64,000 bases of DNA from Bugula neritina (taxonomy: Eukaryota > Animalia > Bryozoa): the NCBI GenBank assembly GCA_964035545.1, contig OZ037766.1:29514640-29578639 (forward strand), given 5' to 3'. The notes under the pieces are model-generated. The model was not told the origin of the DNA and ran no database searches. It worked only from the letters and a program-made list of their open reading frames with translations. The number at the start of each line of letters is the position of its first letter. The first letter of the stretch is position 1. Shown piece after piece: positions 1 to 17,595 of the stretch. A program made the translations under genes and the position numbers.

Positions 1-102
1 TCAATTTAGGAAAATTAATATGCTTGATTTCATGTTGCATTAGCTCAGTGGTTAGCAGTTGCAACTTAATTTATGCTTTCAGTCACTCACATTGTGTATA
101 GT

Positions 103-3780
<3,678 letters not shown>

Positions 3781-4443
3781 AGCTGCAGCTGTTTTAGGAC
3801 TATATGAAGTACAAGCCAAGTCTAGCAAGATGAGAAAGCTAAGGTGTAAGTTGTGTACTGAACGCCTACTTTCGTCACTACTTGTTTATATACTCGTGGA
3901 TAAGACTGCTTTGCCGTAACTGAAACTAGTTCAGATAATTTTATTTGATTTTGTCTATTCAATCAATTAAGCAAACAAGAGAAATAAACCTACGCAAATG
4001 CCATTAGAATAATACCCTATGCTATTCTCTTAATAACTTTACGTCTAATATTGACCTGTATAAGAATAAAATGTTTTTTATGTTTAATATGAGAAATTAT
4101 ATACCGGAGTATTAATTCTTACTTTCAAACGTACACTAAATCACATTGTTTGACATCTGTTTTTGCAAACTATCAGTTTTATTTGTATATAACTTGATTT
4201 AGCAATGATTTGTCTAACACTATAACTTTATACCCATAAAAACTTTCACATCCATCTAAAAATACTTGAAATAACATTGTATTATTTACTATTACAAGAA
4301 TGTATTGCTAGATTTAAAATTATATATAAATACACTTAGTTTGAATTTGTATAATATTATTTTAATTTATTCAAGAGATGACTCATTGCAGAAAGCAAAC
4401 TAATTTAACTGCAGTTATTACATAATACATTGTATTTACAGTT

Positions 4444-4743
<300 letters not shown>

Positions 4744-5787
4744 GCGTTAGAACCTGCATTGGTAAAACACTTATTATATTGGTATCTCCTATTTTATCCG
4801 CTGTCGGTCATACAGCATGGCCTGGACAAAAAGATACTCAATGTTATTGCATGCCGATTGGGTTTAACCTCATAATTTGAGTTTTAAATTTCTGCATTTA
4901 ACTTTCAAAATCACTTTCTTCTTTGTACATTCCTATTTAGATATGTTGTACATTTGCAATGCATAATATAATGTAGTTGTTTCATATGATTAAAGACAAT
5001 ACCTTATTGATTATAATTTGTCTTCTATACATGACCACAATGCTTGGTTACAGGTAACTTTATCCTCTTCACGTTGCAGACTGTCAATGATTTGCCATAG
5101 CAACTGTGTTTACTTAGCCTAGATAAAATATTCAGAGTACAATATAAATACTGGTGATTCAGGCTCAGGCCCATTACCAAGCAAAGTGGTTAACCCAATA
5201 GCCTGTCACCATATGCTTGTTTACCTAACTGTACTATGTGCAAATATTACCTGGAATAACTGGGTTGCCTCAAAAGAATTATGTACGACCTGCAAATCAT
5301 TTAGTTTTTGCTCATTTGAATCACAATAGTTTCTGTTGGCCTGACAAACACTTGCAATACCTACGATATCACACCAAAGCTGACCCATTTAATTTAGCCA
5401 ATTAGAAACTGGTAGGATCATATGACTGTGATACTACACACTTCCCCACTCAATAGAAGACTCACATGAGCTTACAGTTGCTATCTCTCTGAGAGCTCTG
5501 ATAGAAACGCCTTTTCAAAGGTGGGCTAAGAAGTTCTTCTCTAATGGGGTAGATGTGTGACCAGTGAACTGGAAAATTCTAGTTCAGCGGAGCAACTATA
5601 TGTTTTTCATAACATCACCACCGGTGTTTGAACTCCAACCACAGCGACACATGTTTTCTGCTGCTCCTTAATAAAAAGTTATGGCATAGTATTAAACTGC
5701 ATTTATAATTTGCACCATTGGACTAAATTAATTGACACATATGGGCTTCAAAACTGGAATATTATAACTGTCATATAATAAATGTTA

Positions 5788-5971
5788 TATATATATATAC
5801 AAAATATATATACAAAATATATATACAAAATATATATAAAAAATATATATAAAAAATATATATACAGAATATATATACAGAATATATATACAGAATATAT
5901 ATACAGAATATATATACAGAATATATATTCTGTATATATATACAGAATATATATACAGAATATATATACTG

Positions 5972-6007
<36 letters not shown>
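5788..6007. repeat. AT-rich minisatellite (atatatatacaga-like units) plus (TA)n
   Basis: Tandem ~13-bp units seen directly. Confidence 0.9.
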
Positions 6008-6010
<3 letters not shown>

Positions 6011-6977
6011 TTATTGTTTATTGGTTCCTGATTGGTTCTTTCAAATTTCAAATATTGCTTATATTCTTTAAAGGCTTTTACCCTGGTGATTGTAGAATTG
6101 TCAAGTTTGCATTATACGTTGAACAATGAAGAACGCTATAGCTTATAACTTTACCAAGCCAACTTGAAAATCAATAATATTTGCGTCATGCATTTAAGAG
6201 TGTGCTGTAGTTGAATATTTTAATATTTATAAGTGTTTAAATGTGGACAGAAATTCATTATTAAGCTGTTTTATTTTGCAAGAGAATGAATCTAATTTCA
6301 CCTAAGTGTGGTGGTTGAAAAATTGAGATAGCTTAAGTTCTTTAAGTTTTTTTTATAGATTTTGCTTGAACTGTTATAGCTTGCAGTAGTAGGTATAAAC
6401 ACGCTTAAACTTTACAATAACAAAGAAATATGCTGTGAATAGACAGCATATGGTTTGCAAACGTATAGCCAAGGACTCTGGATGTTTCAGAAATAGTATA
6501 TTTTGAGCAACTTAGAAAGAGTTGAACAAATAGGTAATTAAAAACAACAAAACCAATGCATGTAATGTGAGATTTTTGGTAGCAATTAAAAGTAAATATT
6601 GAAACCAGCATTTTATTCTAAGGAATTTAATTTTGGTGATTTAATATAAATTATACTTCACAATAAATAAGCTGTATGCAGAGTAATAGTAATAGAGAAT
6701 ATGACAAAAGTAATATAAATAATCTAGAGGACGTTAACATATAGTATATAATTGTATTTAGTTTTATATAGAGATATCTAGATTCTAGCATATAGACGTA
6801 TCTATAATAATATAGAATATAGACGTACTTGGTATATATAAATGTAGATAATCTATAGAAATACATTTTCTTGTTTATATATAGATGTATCTATATTATA
6901 GATATATCTAGTATATATAACTATCTAATATGATTTATAGATGTATATATAGATGCAAGGGTGAGCAAATATTATAT

Positions 6978-9900
6978 TCATGGATCCTCACTGTCATCAT
7001 TTGGAGCTGATTTTGATGCCGACATATAAGCACAGCAGGCAAAGCAGCAGGCAATCAACAAAAAAATAGGCGCTAGAGCTATTAGTACCCATTTGACGAT
7101 AGTTTCGTAATACACAAATTTGTATAACGTTTCTTTACAATAGAAGTTTTCATCAGAATATAATGTATTAGTAGTGAAGCATCCTCTCACGCTGGTTGTG
7201 TTGCCAGTTAGCATATTTTCATCACATTCCTGCATCTTGAACACCCATACACTACCTAAAAATAGAATAGAATATTGACAATTATTAATGGGTATATTTT
7301 ATCATTATTAATGATATTGATAATGGCTAAAAGTATTGATTGATGAACTTAAATTAATGAATATAGATTACTAGCATTATATTATTGTATATATATTACC
7401 TATCCTATGCAGTATCATTTTAAATATATCTAGATATTACAATCAAGATTTCAGATAATTTAGTATTTTTTGTTACATGGAATTTTCCTAATGCACTCTG
7501 AATATTGCTATAAACAATTTAAAAAGCTCATAATATGAAAGATTTACAATATTTTGAGAAGTTGTGTTGTCATGGTAAACTTATATACATTAGGAAGATA
7601 ACTTCTAAATAAAATTTATACAATTAAACTGGTACAAAAGGCCAAAGTTAAGATAGGACTTTCATCGTTGAACATTTTCAGTCTGCCTAAAGATAATATT
7701 CCAAATAAAGTTTTGTGTGAAAAAATATCATTGCGGAGTAACATATAGGAAATGGATTGAGTTATGGTTAGCTGGTAATATAAACTGTGGCAGAAAAACC
7801 GAGTGATTTAAATATTAAGGGACAGGGCTCTAGGAATAATGGCAACCAGCATAAAGTATTCAACAAAAAGAGGCTAGGTTCTTACCACATATGAGCCATA
7901 CAAACAGGAATGTCATAAGCAGAGATGAACAACAAGTTCCTAGTGTTTCTTTAGGGGTGGTTTCGGCCTCGTCTTCACTATCTGAAATAAACACCAAGGC
8001 TATATATAATGATATAATATATCACACACTAGACTATATAATAACAAAGTAGGGTTACAGAGTTGCCTTTGCTATAACATCATGTTAGTTTAGCTTATAA
8101 ATGCATTAGTTTAAACCTTACTTATGTTTAATTTATTGCTGTTTTAGTAATATTATATGATGCATTATTTAACATGCTTTCTTGATATATGAGTACTTTC
8201 TGTTATGGATTTTTCATTAAAGTAAACTATAGAATTTTAATTATTAAATACTGCTTCTATAACTAAACGTATTCATATCTGGTTGTTTAAAAGGATACAA
8301 TACATCTTTGAGCCCCAAGCAGATGTTAGATATGCAACCGCACTGAGTGATGATGTTTATATAAAGTAGATATCAACTGGACCAGCAATATTAGCTGTAG
8401 TTTTCCATATTATTGTGCGTATTAGCAGCAGCTGCAGGCAGCAATATAAGCAAACATAATATATCAACAACTACATTTATTGCTATTTACAACTGGCAAG
8501 CTTCATCGCACTTGTTTAAGTTTATGTCTCATATCGAAAAAACCTTTATAAAGGTTTTTTTGATATGAGACATAAACTTAAACAAGTGCAATAAAGCTTA
8601 CCAGTTGTAAACTTTTAGAGTTCTGCCAAACAGATACTAATTCATTCTGTTTGGAATAAGACTCAAAATTATAAAGCTTAATCTTATGTTATGCAGTACT
8701 AGACATACTAATGTCAATTAAACAGCTTATGTTGCAAATAAGAAGCTAATATTGGTAGTAAGTAGTTAACTAATCATTTGAAATAAACATTTCTATAACA
8801 GCTAATGCTGGTTGTACTAAAAAAAGGTTATTGAGATAAAGAAAAAAAAGGTTTTGATGGTTTAACTGAAGCATTTGAAATAAATTGTGAGAATTATACA
8901 TCTCTATCACTTTAAGTTGGCTCTTTGCTGTTGGAATAATATTTTCAAGAGAAGTGTTTTGTGTGCGAAACTTACTTCTTTCCTTTGCCCTTTGACCTCC
9001 ACAGCACCCTCCAGATATTATGGCAAACACTCCCCCCACAATGAGGTATATGGGGAGCAGTTTTTCTGATGGACAGTCTTTGAGGTAGAGAGACCCTGCA
9101 GAGCAGAATAACATTTACTGTCTACAGTCATATGCAACTGATACATCATATGGAACTGGCTTTAAGGCTAAATATATAATCAGTTTAATATATGAATATT
9201 TAACAAGCAAAACAATCATAAAGGGTTATGGAAGTTTAGTCGTTAGTATATAGTTTAACAGAAAAAAGCAACGTGTATATAAAATTCTAGTTCAAATAAA
9301 AATCTGGACTATTAATTTCTATTTATTAAGAACAGATTAGAAATTGAAGTAATTATAATCAAAATGTTATAACAACATAAACACTTGACCAGAGTTAGGT
9401 ATTGCTATATGGTTGTCTTTAAAGATTAGAAGTATTATAGTCAAATGTATATTATAGCCTTTACAAAGCTCTTGGATTAATGCAGAACGTTTGTATTACC
9501 ATACAGTAAATAAAACAATGATTACTTAGCAAACCAATGTGTAAACTAAATTTAAATTTTAAAATTAAAAAAAAATTTGCAATTGACTATATAATCATTT
9601 CGGTGCAGTAATGAAAAATTTTAATATCACCTATAAATTCTCCTATTAAATTTTGCTACTTTTCTCTTTTATTTTAAACAGGTTTTTCTCAGCCTCTTCA
9701 CTGTTAAGCTTTCTTCTATTAAATGCAGCCAACTCTCATTACCATCAATATCAATTTCCATATTTTATTATTCCAGATAGAATATACATACCAATTACCA
9801 CCTCAGCCACTGGTAGAGCAAATCCAACCAAACTACAACATAACCCACACAGAGCAAATCCTAATGTTCCGCAGAATTTTGTTTTGTATACTTTAGACAC

Positions 9901-9998
9901 TTCCTGTGTGTAGTTTACAATTCCTCCATTTTCGGTCTTCTTATTTGACAGCTCTTGGAACAGGCTGTCATAAGATGGTGGTGGGTCATTGTACGATG
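6978..9998 (-). CDS. TMEM272-like membrane protein, paralog 2 (start exon not located)
   Basis: Exons 9998-9792, 9095-8976, 7981-7886, 7255-6978; same phase-1 intron positions as paralog 1. Translation SYNDPPPSYDSLFQEL...FALPVAEVVIGSLYLKDCPSEKLLPIYLIVGG...TFLFVWLICGSVWVF...FYCKETLYKF. A possible 24-nt phase-1 micro-exon lies at 12380-12357. Confidence 0.85.
8486..8611. repeat. Near-perfect 126-bp palindrome (hairpin/MITE-like) in a TMEM272-like intron
   Basis: tttacaactggcaagcttcatcgcacttgtttaagtttatgtctcatatc... mirrored by ...gatatgagacataaacttaaacaagtgcaataaagcttaccagttgtaaa; centred on cctttataaagg; 4 mismatches. Confidence 0.9.
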
Positions 9999-10270
9999 CT
10001 ACAAGAAATAAATAGTGGGTAAAAGCAGCATATATATTGAGTGTTTGTAGGTGTAAATGAGTAAAAACTTCAAATTTCAATTTGTGAAATGGAAAGAAAA
10101 ACTATATTTTTTAAAAAAGTCAATCAAACATCAGTAACTAATTTGAAAGCTTGTTAGTATAGTAAATATAAAATAGTTTCATAAAAAAATTACTTTCAAC
10201 AGTTCTAGAATCTATAATAGTCTTTAGGCCCATGAGGGAAATTCGTACATATTGACCAAGGGTTGAATAT

Positions 10271-10349
10271 CTCGCGAGAACATAACTTCCTATGCTACAT
10301 TTCTAATCTAGAACACAGGCTTTCTCGATTTTTCCATTACTGCACCTAG
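10271..10349 (-). repeat. Dispersed ~80-bp interspersed repeat, copy B
   Basis: gagaacataacttcctatgctacatttctaatctagaacacaggctttctcgatttttccattactgcaccta is the reverse complement of 2892-2972 with few differences. Confidence 0.8.
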
Positions 10350-12152
10350 CTACTTCTATACAAGCTACTAGCATACTAATAAGCTGAATAGAAACACTGG
10401 CACTGTAACCTATAGAGCGTAGGGACACACTTGCATGCTATCGGAGTGCTAAGTAAGTGTACACAGCTGCTGGTAGTCTCAACATTATGTTTTACTGCAT
10501 ACATTCAAGAGTGTATAACTAATCAAATACATTTAAGCAAACCATCTGAACAAGTGCTTGAAGCCAACAGCTAAATATAGTGACACTGAATAACAAGTGC
10601 TCCAATGTTACTGGGAAGCTAAAACACCTGATGATATTATAACAAGGATACAAGTCTGGTATATTTACACATTTGATGAGCTCGCAACTTCATAATTTGA
10701 AATGAAGCCAAATAACATACATCACTGCATTTAATCGACTATAGATTTTCAAGCTGAGGCACTTATTTTAAGTGTAATTCCTGCAAAGGATTCTGGGGCT
10801 CATATTATGCGTTTACATTATTTGCATATGGGTTTCATTATTATTACGCATTATGTTATAGCCATCGACAGAGTATAGAATATTGAGCCACTTTGTATAA
10901 CCAATACTACATCCTTCTCAAACCTAGAATAGCATTGCGTTATATTGATCAGGAAGTTGAGTGAAAATCAGGTGGCAAAGTTAAACTAGGTCGCTTAGAT
11001 ACATTCTAACATTGGGGTTAGGGCTGAGTTTATAGACCAACATCGATTTCATGGCAATATTTAGTAGAGCTTGCAGTTAGTGTAGCACTACTCTAAAATC
11101 TTAAAATTTTGAATTTGCCTCAGCCTTTCATCAGCTCCTACTTTGAGTTGGTAAACTTTCATTTGCATACCTTCCTAATGCTCATAATTAATCATTCAAT
11201 GTATTACAGAACATATAAATCAAAATAATAATTATAATTTATAGATAAATTGTGATTCCTCTGAAGATTGGACTGCCAATTAAGTTGAAACTACGTATAT
11301 GTAGACTTTCACTTGCTCTCGTACTGATACTGATAATTATTATTATAGTAATAGTGTAGACTGTAGGACATAAACTTAAGGAATCAACGTAAAAGCTTTG
11401 AGTTCTAGCAATAACTGTATCACTTACTGATTCTCTCAGAAGAAGACATCTTTGAAACTGAGTATAAAGCACTTTTTAACTGATGACTGTAGAAGTAGAA
11501 GTACTAAGTTTATAATCGAAGAGAGAGAAGCAGCGCATTGAAGTACTACTCAGCTCGGTAATGTATGCATGATGTGCCTTTATTGGTTTAGGCTTCAAGT
11601 AAAGAATAAACAATGTTTTCATTCATAGCAGTTATAAGCCTAGCATTTCTTTGATTCTATTATAGGCTGATTGATTACCGCGTGATACCAGTATCGCACT
11701 GGCTCGGGCTAGATATCTGCTAGTGCAACAGTTGCTAGGCTACGCTAGTTAATGGTAGCATGAGTCATCTGCTGCAGACAACAGCTACATTATTCCAGGG
11801 TAATATATGTGACCTTTTTTATTAGTCCTAATGGAAGCTGCATTATTTTATAGTCTATATGAATAACTACTCGCATAGCTAATGTACCATGAGATTGGCA
11901 ATATTGCATTACACCACGTGACTGTGATAAACATAAAATCCTATGCTGATAAACAGCTATCCAGTGCTTTTGCCACAATAATATTATTATTATTGAACTA
12001 TTACTATACAATCCTCTAGTACATGGGCACAGCTGCCATCCACTTGTAATACTAGAAAACTTACATTTAGGTGCAGAAGTAGATAGATTGAGATAGCCTA
12101 TGCTCATTAATTATGTTATTTTATAGTGTTTGCTTTGGTATGCAGGCTGAAA

Positions 12153-12320
12153 CTCTCAAGAGAACATAACTTCTTTAAATTGTTACATCTCTAATCTAGA
12201 ACACAGGCTTTTGTCAGTTTCTCCATTGATGCACCCACTGAACTGAAACTGAAACTGAACTGAACTGAACTGAACTGAAACTATAACTATGGGGATTATA
12301 GTTCAATGGCTGCACCTACT
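12153..12320 (-). repeat. Dispersed repeat copy C followed by a (CTGAA)n tract
   Basis: gagaacataacttc...ctaatctagaacacaggcttt...ctccattgatgcacc, then ctgaa/ctgaaa repeats at 12238-12281. The motif cactgaactgaaactatagttcaat recurs as reverse complement at 49181-49205. Confidence 0.7.
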
Positions 12321-13361
12321 TCAGAAATTAGCAGACAATGTAAATAAAAGACTCACTAAGCCTACACTCTCTTTCACCATCTGTTGATAACAAATTGAAT
12401 GTGTAAACTCCATCAATAAGCACTTGTTACAGTGGCTACAAAGATACATTAAACTCTAATTTAAACTAAGTACAACATTCAACATTTAAACCATAGAAAA
12501 TAAAAATAAAACAAATGTGGTTCATTATTTCACTTTTTAACTCTATTGTGGCAGTAAATATATTAGGAAGGGGGAGGTTTATGAGCCATCACACCAACTG
12601 AATAAAATATTAATAAAAAGAGTGTAGAGCTTAGCTACTCCTGTATGCACAACATAAAATATATTATTAAGGTTGATAAGGTAGCATATATCATAAGCCA
12701 AAAACCTGTCAACTACCGCCTTGTCAACTACGATTGAAACGTATTGCAACTGTAAACAAAAATTAGCAGCTGCCATCTAACTGGCAAATGTGTGAATAAT
12801 CTGGCAACTGTATGCAGAAAAGATGACAACTCCAAACAATTATACATCGCAGTACCTAAGTTCTAAGGTTCTAAAGTCTAATTCAACCACATAAGTAAAA
12901 TGAACACCGAACTTAGCAAACATGTAGGGAATTTAAAAGAGAGAAACTTAAATTTTAATATGTTAAAATTATAGCACTAAATTAAACATAATGAAAATAT
13001 GTGGATTATATTCAAGCATCATTAGTAGGTACAATTTTTACAACATGATGGGAAAGTTCTATATTAAATTATATAATTATGTGAGGCTGGAGTTATGCTC
13101 TCTAAAGATGTAACACGCACGCACGAACATGTATATGTATTATAAGTATAGAGACAATAAGTACATACATTACAATATAACAACTTTTGTTGAGGTGAAT
13201 TATGGAAGACAGGAGTAGTTGTTGATTTAGATTGCAACTACCTCTAATAAAATTATAGTTAAAAGTTGTAGTAATATAATATTGTATTGTAGTGATCTTT
13301 AGCGAGTAGTGATTTTAGATTTATCTTTCCAATTTTCTTGTTTTAATTTTTTGTGCATTCA

Positions 13362-13657
13362 TGTAAGTGGCCGAAGATCGAAGGTGTGAAGGTGTGGGGA
13401 CCCCTGACTGGTTTCAATAGCATCCGATTGTCAGCTTTGACATCTCAACAGAAACCCCGATTTTTGAATGCGTTTGGTAGACGTTTCTCAAAGGAACCTT
13501 TTCCCCGCAGTATAAAAGGAAGCCAGTTTACAGAGTAGAATTAGTCTACCACTGAAGCTCCCCACACACAGATACAGTTATTAGAATTCAATAAAGATTA
13601 CTCTACTCGAAAACCTATCTTGTTCTCATACTATTACGGAGTTATGCTCCCACTTAA
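13362..13657 (+). mobile_element. Probable solo LTR (~296 bp)
   Basis: GC-richer island starting TGTAAGTGG and ending CCACTTAA (imperfect terminal inverted repeat), with TATAAAA at ~13511 and AATAAA at ~13590. The terminal CA and a canonical TSD are not intact. Confidence 0.5.
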
Positions 13658-14901
13658 TTGCATTCTATATAACCACAAAACTACTACAGTATGTTATTGA
13701 AGTCAACATAAATTACAAAAAGTAAATTATGTATGATTGTGCATTTAATAGCTCTAAAAAGGCCACACATGCCAGTGTCAATTCTACAGTTTTATCATGG
13801 TCACAACGTGTTCATGAAAAATCTGGCAATAGTCAAGTATTTTGTACTTGTAATCAAAACCAAAGCTATTGTCGACACTTTTTAGCTTTATACTCAGTAA
13901 ATATTAGCATAAATTTCAAGGTTTTACTTTTCTCAACTGGCATGGTGAGAGGTGTAGGAAAAAGAACTAAATAATTTACTCTAGGACTAGTTTTACTTCT
14001 TAGAAAGTTTATAACTTAGCCTACTTGAGTTTCACTCAGACTAAGTAATTGCATAACACAATAAAGACACAAACATATTTAATATAGCTCTATGTTATGC
14101 ACATAATAAGCTCATGCATGGCTGTGCATTAATGCAAAACCACTGTACAACTACCAAACTATATTATAGTCTGTAGTCTGCACATTCTGGCAGCAAGACT
14201 ATAATTAGTTTGCTGCTATAAATAAAATGATTCAGCTACATTTCAAACACTGTTTGTGTAAGAGTAAAATATAGTTTTTTTTAGTTAGTTTAAAAAGCTT
14301 TATCTGAATATTTATTGGAAAATAAGGGCTATATTTTCAGATAGGATAAAGTTAATTAAATTGCAAAGGGTATATGTTCACTACGCTGATCTTGAGCATA
14401 TCAAAGTACACTATGCAATAGAAAGATTCGTAATAAATCATCAAAGTTTTGAAAACAATACAAACTTATATAGAAGCACAATAAAAACCAGTATATTAAA
14501 TATATAGCAAGTAGATAATTTGGAAAACAAGAAAAGTCAATTAGTAAGATTCTACAAAACAAAGTTGAAAAATCACAAATAAAGCACTCTAAACTATGAG
14601 AACTTAATGTTATTTGTAATACATTATTTCAAAAGCTACGAAATAAAACAAGTTATGGTAACTTTGTAATATTATATAATTATGTTATATAGTAATAAAT
14701 GCAAAACAATAGATAATTTTCTGAACTTGTTCTAAACAACAACAAAATGCTTAGGCAATTTTGACTGATCACAATGATTCAGAGTGAGTCAAAATCATGA
14801 GTGAAAGCAAGCCAGAGTAAGTGAAGATGAGCTAGTATTATTCAAAGTGAGTCACATTGAGTCTGAATTAGTCAAAGTGATTCAAAGCCCACTGCAAGTT
14901 T

Positions 14902-17504
14902 TTAAAGACACATGGCACCTATTTGGAAAATGAGAATGAGAGCGGTGAGCACCCATCGGATGACAAGGTCGGTGAATGCAAACTCATACGCTGTTTTATG
15001 ACAGTAGAAACTCTTAGAGCTGTAGGCGCTGTCAAAGGTAAAGCAGCCGTCTGTGGCGTTGGTCTGTGGAGTTAATACACCTTTGTCACATGTCTTCAGT
15101 TGGAACACCCACACACTTCCTATAAATATAATCATGATTCAAAGTAAAACAGAAAAACAATTAGGATATATGAATACAATAAAAAGTGTTTATACTTTTA
15201 TTTGACTAATGAAAACAAGAAGCAAAAGTACCATAGCCGGAGGTTGCAATTAAAATTTTGTACAATGTAATGGTGCTACTACCAGAAATGGGTATTTTTA
15301 GCTTGATTTTGTGTGTTAACACAACATTGTCATTTAACAGTTTTGATAGCAACTGCAAGACATACGTTGAACTGGATAAAAGTAAAATTTCATCGACAAA
15401 ATCCTAAAAAAATTCATAAAATGGCAATATTACTCATGTGTGAAATATTGCACACACATTTTATCTGTGCATAATAATATAAATCACAAAAACTTTGCAT
15501 GAGTGCCAGATTTGAAAACCAGAATTTATTGCTTTATTGTTGCTAGAAACTATTTTTAAACTTGATTTTCGTTCAAATCAATGATGCTGAAAAGTTGATA
15601 ACAGCTAGTGTTTAAGTTATCTTCACTTAAACTCCGATAACCTTTTATTAGCTATATTAAGCTCATGTTAATCAACATGTTGAAGTCGTTAACCCTATGC
15701 AATCAATGTTGTACAAGCAAAGACTTAGCCCAGTTGGATTGAAAGATGCCTTATTGCCATGATCAATGACCGCAGCTTGTAAAGTAAAATCTGCAGAGTT
15801 TATTCACTCTATTCAAACTGTGGCCAGACAATGCTGCTTTCATATGTCAAAGGTTAATGATATTTGAAAGGTTTTTGTTTGCTATCCCTTCCATTTATAA
15901 CTAGGAATTTATAAATAGTAAGTAAACTTTAATGGTAGCCTTACAAGAAAGCTGGTGGGAAAATGAGCAACTATATTAAAAATATGTATATAGCATAATA
16001 GGAATAAGAAAGATATAAATAGATTTAGAATAAGTAGTGAAAGCAACAATTAGCAAAGTAAAATCAAATTTTAGTTTGATTAATCAACATTATCACCATG
16101 CTCAAGACATTGATGTCTTCAGCCTATTACATCATTTGAAATATCAGTTACAAAAGTTAAGTGCAAATTTTGACCAACTTTACAGTGCAGTGATTAATGA
16201 AATTTAATACTGATACATATTGACCAAAGAAGAGTCTGATTATATGCCTGCTGGCCATGCCAGTCCTTTGAATCCATAGTTATTCTATATATATGTTACT
16301 ATATTACTAGTGGCTTCAGACAGAACATAGAGATATGCACTTCCCATGCAGCTGTACAGCCCAGTTTGATGTATTAAGATATTCACTATTATTAAACTAA
16401 TAATAATGTAAGCTTTTAATTAACATGAAGTATTGGATGTTGTATATTCAATAGCATATATACCTCTACACACCTGCAGGTAGTACGGTATGTATACTAG
16501 ATGTATATGAAGCTACCTTGAAGGCTGTAGGCCCTATACATATACATGTGGCCTACATTTGGGTAGTGAAATAAACTTACCACAAATTAGCCATGCAAAC
16601 AGAAATATTGACACAATGATTCCACAGATGTCAACACTAGAGGCTCCACCTTCATCATTGCTTGCTAAAATATATTATATAATATATACAATATCTAATA
16701 TTTATACTATATATACATTATATTATATAATATTATATTATATTTTATATGTGCATGTGCGTGCGTGTATGTGTGTACATACATACATACATACATACAT
16801 ACATACATACATACATACATACATACATACATACATACATACATACATACACACATACACACATACACACATACACACATACACACATACACACATACAC
16901 ACATACACACATACATACATACACACATACATACATACATATTCATACATACATACACATACACACATACACACATACACACATACATACATACATACAT
17001 ACATACATACATACATACATACACACATACACACATACATACATACATATACACATACACACATACACACATACAAACATACATACATACATACATACAT
17101 ACATACATACATACATACATACACATACACACATACGCACATACACACATACACACATACACACATACACACATACATACATACATACATACATACATAC
17201 ATACATACACATACACACATACACACATACACACATACAAACATACATACATACATACATACATACATACATACATACATACATACATACACATACACAC
17301 ATACACACATACACACATACACACATACACACATACACACATACATACATACATACATACATACATACATACATACATACACATACACACATACACACAT
17401 ACACACATACAAACATACATACATACATACATACGTACATACGTACATACATACATACGTACGTACGTATGTATGTATGTATGTATGTATGTATGTATGT
17501 ATGT

Positions 17505-17541
<37 letters not shown>

Positions 17542-17543
17542 AA

Positions 17544-17595
<52 letters not shown>

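Noticed and set aside
41-60. tRNA-like 5' sequence tagctcagtggttagca
   Set aside because: No B-box, T-arm or acceptor stem follows; not a tRNA gene.
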